DNA of 10,590 nucleotides from a virus (Duplodnaviria; Heunggongvirae; Uroviricota; Caudoviricetes): IMG/VR virus record IMGVR_UViG_2617270966_000006, positions 1 to 10,590 of that record; one strand, 5' to 3'. Shown piece by piece: positions 7,385 to 10,590 of this stretch (position 1 is its first letter; each line of letters starts with the position of its first letter). The notes under the pieces were generated by a model. It saw only the letters and a program-made list of their open reading frames with translations, ran no database searches and was not told where the DNA came from. The position numbers and the translations under genes were made by a program.

Positions 7385-10300
7385 ATGGCAGTAAAGATTT
7401 CAGGTGTACTGAAAGACGGCACAGGAAAACCGGTACAGAACTGCACAATCCAGCTGAAAGCAAAACGTAACAGCACCGCGGTGGTGGTGAACACGCTGGC
7501 CTCAGAAAATCCGGATGAAGCCGGGCGTTACAGCATGGACGTTGAGTACGGTCAGTACAGCGTTATTCTGTTGGTGGAAGGATTCCCGCCGTCACATGCC
7601 GGGACCATCACCGTGTATGAAGATTCTCAACCCGGTACGCTGAATGATTTTCTCGGTGCCATGACGGAGGATGATGCCCGTCCGGAGGCATTGCGACGTT
7701 TTGAACTGATGGTGGAAGAGGTGGCGCGTAACGCGTCCGCGGTGGCACAGAACACGGCAGCCGCGAAGAAGTCAGCCGGCGATGCCGACACATCTGCCCG
7801 TGAGGCGGCAACCCATGCGACTGATGCTGCAGGCTCAGCACGTGCAGCCAGCACGTCAGCCGGACAGGCCGCTTCGTCGGCTCAGTCAGCGTCTTCCAGC
7901 GCAGGAACGGCATCAACAAAGGCCACTGAAGCGGAAAAAAGTGCTGCCGCTGCAGAGTCCTCAAAAAGCGCGGCAGCTACCAGTGCCAGTGCCGCGAAAA
8001 CGTCAGAAACGAATGCTGCAGCGTCACAACAATCAGCAGCCACTTCTGCATCCACCGCGACCACGAAAGCGTCAGAAGCTGCCACCTCAGCCCGGGATGC
8101 GTCGGCTTCAAAAGAGGCGGCAAAATCATCAGAAACGAACGCATCCTCGAGCGCCAGTAGCGCAGCTTCCTCGGCAACGGCGGCAGCAAATTCCGCGAAG
8201 GCGGCAAAAACGTCCGAGACGAACGCCAGGTCTTCTGAGACGGCAGCGGGACAGAGCGCCTCAGCTGCGGCAGGCTCAAAAACAGCGGCTGCGTCGTCTG
8301 CCAGTGCCGCGTCAACAAGTGCCGGGCAGGCCTCAGCCAGTGCCATCGCCGCCGGAAAATCGGCAGAAAGCGCCGCATCATCCGCTTCAACAGCCACAAC
8401 GAAGGCTGGCGAAGCCACTGAACAGGCCAGCGCAGCAGCGAGGTCTGCTTCCGCAGCGAAGACATCCGAAACGAACGCGAAAGCGTCGGAAACCAGCGCA
8501 GAATCCTCAAAAACGGCAGCCGCATCGTCCGCCAGTTCGGCAGCGTCATCGGCATCATCTGCGTCTGCTTCAAAAGATGAGGCGACCAGACAGGCGTCAG
8601 CAGCGAAGGGCAGCGCCACGACGGCATCCACGAAAGCAACAGAGGCGGCAGGCAGTGCGACGGCTGCATCTCAGAGCAAAACTGCTGCCGAATCTGCTGC
8701 GACTCGTGCAGAAGCTGCCGCTGATCGTGCTGAAGAGATTGCCGGTGCAGTTGCGATGGAAGACGCAAGCCTTACAACTAAAGGTGTTGTGAAACTTAGC
8801 AGTGCTGTCGATAGCACCAGTGAATCTTTAGCCGCGACACCAAAAGCAGTTAAGACCGCATATGATAATGCTGAAAAACGACTACAGAAGGATCAGAATG
8901 GTGCTGATATCCCCGACAAGGGCCGCTTCCTGAATAACATTAATGTTTACAGCAAAGGTGAAGTGGATCAGAAAAAGGGGATGCGATACGTTGTGGTAAA
9001 TGCCCCGGCGGGTGTCCAGGAAGGTAAATATTATCCGTTAGTGATAAAAAGGAATGACAGCCATCGGGCATCCCGCGTTGTCATTTCAACGCCAAGTCGC
9101 ACAGCTAATCACAGAATGAATAACTGTGAGTTTAATGGTTTTGTTTGCGCAGGCGGCTGGACGGACCGGGGTAGCTATGCCTGTGGTATGTTCTGGGCTT
9201 ATTCATCATCGGAACGCGCTATTCATTCCATTCTGATGAGTAATAAAGGCGATACCGTAGACAGCGTATTCTATATAGAAGGTGGGGCATTTCCCGTAGA
9301 GGTCTTTTTAGAAGAAGGACTTTCTGTTACTGCTCCTGCTTCTGATTATGTTGTTGCTGAAACGACTTATAAATTTGGCGCAACTGATCCTTATTCTGAA
9401 TCAGTTTCGGTAAATTTAATTTTAGATTTTAAACAAGGTAATGGATTTTATAGTTCGTATCCTGTTTTGAGTAAGTCAGACATTAGCGGTAATAAGGTTT
9501 ACGCTAATGATGAAGTTATTGTCCGTAGTCAGAATGCGTTAAGGATGATTGCTGGCGATTACGGTGTCATATGGCGAAATGATGGAGCAAATACTTACTT
9601 GCTCATGACTGATAAAGGCGACCAGTACGGTGGCTGGAACGGTCTTCGACCATTTGCAGTAAATAACGCAACAGGTGAAGTGACGATCAATACACCACTT
9701 AATTCTCCAAAAGGGGTTAAGGGGAACTCTGATACAGCTACGAAACTTCAGACTGCAAGAAAAATATCCGGTGTTCCATTTGATGGCTCTACTGATATCA
9801 CTTTAACCGCCGCGCATGTTGCCGCTTTCGCAAGAAGAGCAACAGGGTCATATGCTGATGCTGATGGCGGCGTGCCGTGGAATGCTGAATCTGGTGCTTA
9901 TAATGTAACTAGAACGGGCGACAGCTATATTCTGGTTAACTTCTATACCGGAGTCGGAAGTTGCCGGACCTTGCAGATGAAGGCGCATTACAGAAATGGT
10001 GGTCTGTTCTACCGTTCTTCAAGAGACGGTTATGGTTTTGAGGAAGACTGGGCAGAAGTTTATACCTCGAAAAATCTTCCACCAGAAAGCTACCCAGTCG
10101 GCGCACCAATCCCGTGGCCATCAGATACCGTTCCGTCTGGTTATGCTCTGATGCAGGGGCAGACTTTTGACAAATCTGCCTACCCGAAACTTGCAGCCGC
10201 TTATCCGTCAGGCGTGATCCCTGATATGCGTGGCTGGACGATTAAGGGCAAGCCCGCCAGTGGTCGTGCCGTATTGTCTCAGGAACAGGACGGCATAAAA

Positions 10301-10590
10301 TCGCATACCCACAGCGCCAGCGCATCCAGTACGGATTTGGGGACGAAAACCACATCGTCGTTTGATTACGGAACCAAATCCACGAATAACACCGGGGCGC
10401 ATACCCATAGTATTAGCGGGACCGCAAATAGTGCCGGCGCGCACCAACACAAGAGTTCCGGTGCATTTGGTGGCACGAACACGAGCATTTTCCCTAATGG
10501 TTATACCGCGATTTCAAATCCAAGCGCGGGGATTATGAGCACAACAAGCGGTAGTGGCCAGACTCGTAATGCAGGGAAGACATCATCAGA
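7385..10590 (+). CDS. stf: Side tail fibre protein Stf, 3'-partial (about 1068 codons, continues past window end), mosaic
   Basis: Frame traced open from ATG 7385 to the window end. N-terminus [30 protein letters not shown]... matches lambda Stf as recalled. Contains an Ala/Ser-rich repeat tract, a lambda-like block (GAPIPWPSD...[50 protein letters not shown]) and the start of His-containing distal repeats ([14 protein letters not shown]). Absent from the ORF track because no stop lies in the window. Confidence 0.9.
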   Translation, partial: MAVKISGVLKDGTGKPVQNCTIQLKAKRNSTAVVVNTLASENPDEAGRYSMDVEYGQYSVILLVEGFPPSHAGTITVYEDSQPGTLNDFLGAMTEDDARPEALRRFELMVEEVARNASAVAQNTAAAKKSAGDADTSAREAATHATDAAGSARAASTSAGQAASSAQSASSSAGTASTKATEAEKSAAAAESSKSAAATSASAAKTSETNAAASQQSAATSASTATTKASEAATSARDASASKEAAKSSETNASSSASSAASSATAAANSAKAAKTSETNARSSETAAGQSASAAAGSKTAAASSASAASTSAGQASASAIAAGKSAESAASSASTATTKAGEATEQASAAARSASAAKTSETNAKASETSAESSKTAAASSASSAASSASSASASKDEATRQASAAKGSATTASTKATEAAGSATAASQSKTAAESAATRAEAAADRAEEIAGAVAMEDASLTTKGVVKLSSAVDSTSESLAATPKAVKTAYDNAEKRLQKDQNGADIPDKGRFLNNINVYSKGEVDQKKGMRYVVVNAPAGVQEGKYYPLVIKRNDSHRASRVVISTPSRTANHRMNNCEFNGFVCAGGWTDRGSYACGMFWAYSSSERAIHSILMSNKGDTVDSVFYIEGGAFPVEVFLEEGLSVTAPASDYVVAETTYKFGATDPYSESVSVNLILDFKQGNGFYSSYPVLSKSDISGNKVYANDEVIVRSQNALRMIAGDYGVIWRNDGANTYLLMTDKGDQYGGWNGLRPFAVNNATGEVTINTPLNSPKGVKGNSDTATKLQTARKISGVPFDGSTDITLTAAHVAAFARRATGSYADADGGVPWNAESGAYNVTRTGDSYILVNFYTGVGSCRTLQMKAHYRNGGLFYRSSRDGYGFEEDWAEVYTSKNLPPESYPVGAPIPWPSDTVPSGYALMQGQTFDKSAYPKLAAAYPSGVIPDMRGWTIKGKPASGRAVLSQEQDGIKSHTHSASASSTDLGTKTTSSFDYGTKSTNNTGAHTHSISGTANSAGAHQHKSSGAFGGTNTSIFPNGYTAISNPSAGIMSTTSGSGQTRNAGKTSS
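7990..8490 (+). repeat. In-frame degenerate coding repeats within stf (four AAKTSETNA-type units)
   Basis: Motif copies [36 protein letters not shown] and [12 protein letters not shown] at about nt 7993, 8122, 8205 and 8455. They sit in a GC-rich Ala/Ser/Thr low-complexity region (about 7740-8760) that also generates spurious ORFs in other frames. Confidence 0.6.

Noticed and set aside
7990-8490. Possible CRISPR array or non-coding tandem repeat
   Set aside because: The repeats are degenerate, in frame and coding within stf, with no regular repeat-spacer structure. No CRISPR-like array is present in the window.
7608-8792. Large ORFs in other frames of the stf repeat region (7782-8792 plus, Arg/Pro/Gln-rich, 336 aa; 7882-8631 minus, Ala/Asp-rich, 249 aa; 7977-8768 minus, 263 aa; 7608-7964 and 7627-7854 minus)
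   Set aside because: They are artefacts of the GC-rich, stop-poor Ala/Ser repeat tract. The stf frame alone continues from a lambda-like N-terminus into lambda-like distal sequence.
9936-10450. Minus-strand ORFs 9936-10121 and 10208-10450
   Set aside because: They are antisense to the lambda-like distal stf coding sequence and are shadow ORFs.

Overview
This window reads as the tail-fibre end of a degraded lambdoid prophage carrying cargo. From left to right: the left ~307 bp of an IS1 element on the minus strand (inverted repeat plus most of insA, running off the window start); a 684-aa SGNH/SASA-type esterase resembling prophage sialate O-acetylesterases (NanS-p-like); an AT-rich stretch with two small plus-strand ORFs and one minus-strand orphan ORF; a Mu-like com/mom module, called Com by sequence similarity and Mom by arrangement, with GATC sites clustered upstream; the C-terminal ~565 aa of a lambda J-like host-specificity protein with no J N-terminus (5'-truncated remnant); lom; and the first ~1068 codons of a mosaic side tail fibre gene (stf) that runs off the window end. 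The most interesting element is the com/mom-like DNA-modification module sitting where the 5' half of J should be, beside an uncharacterised divergently transcribed orphan gene. All homology statements come from reading the translations and from memory of these families; no database search was run. Most other six-frame ORFs are antisense or out-of-frame artefacts of GC-rich coding sequence.
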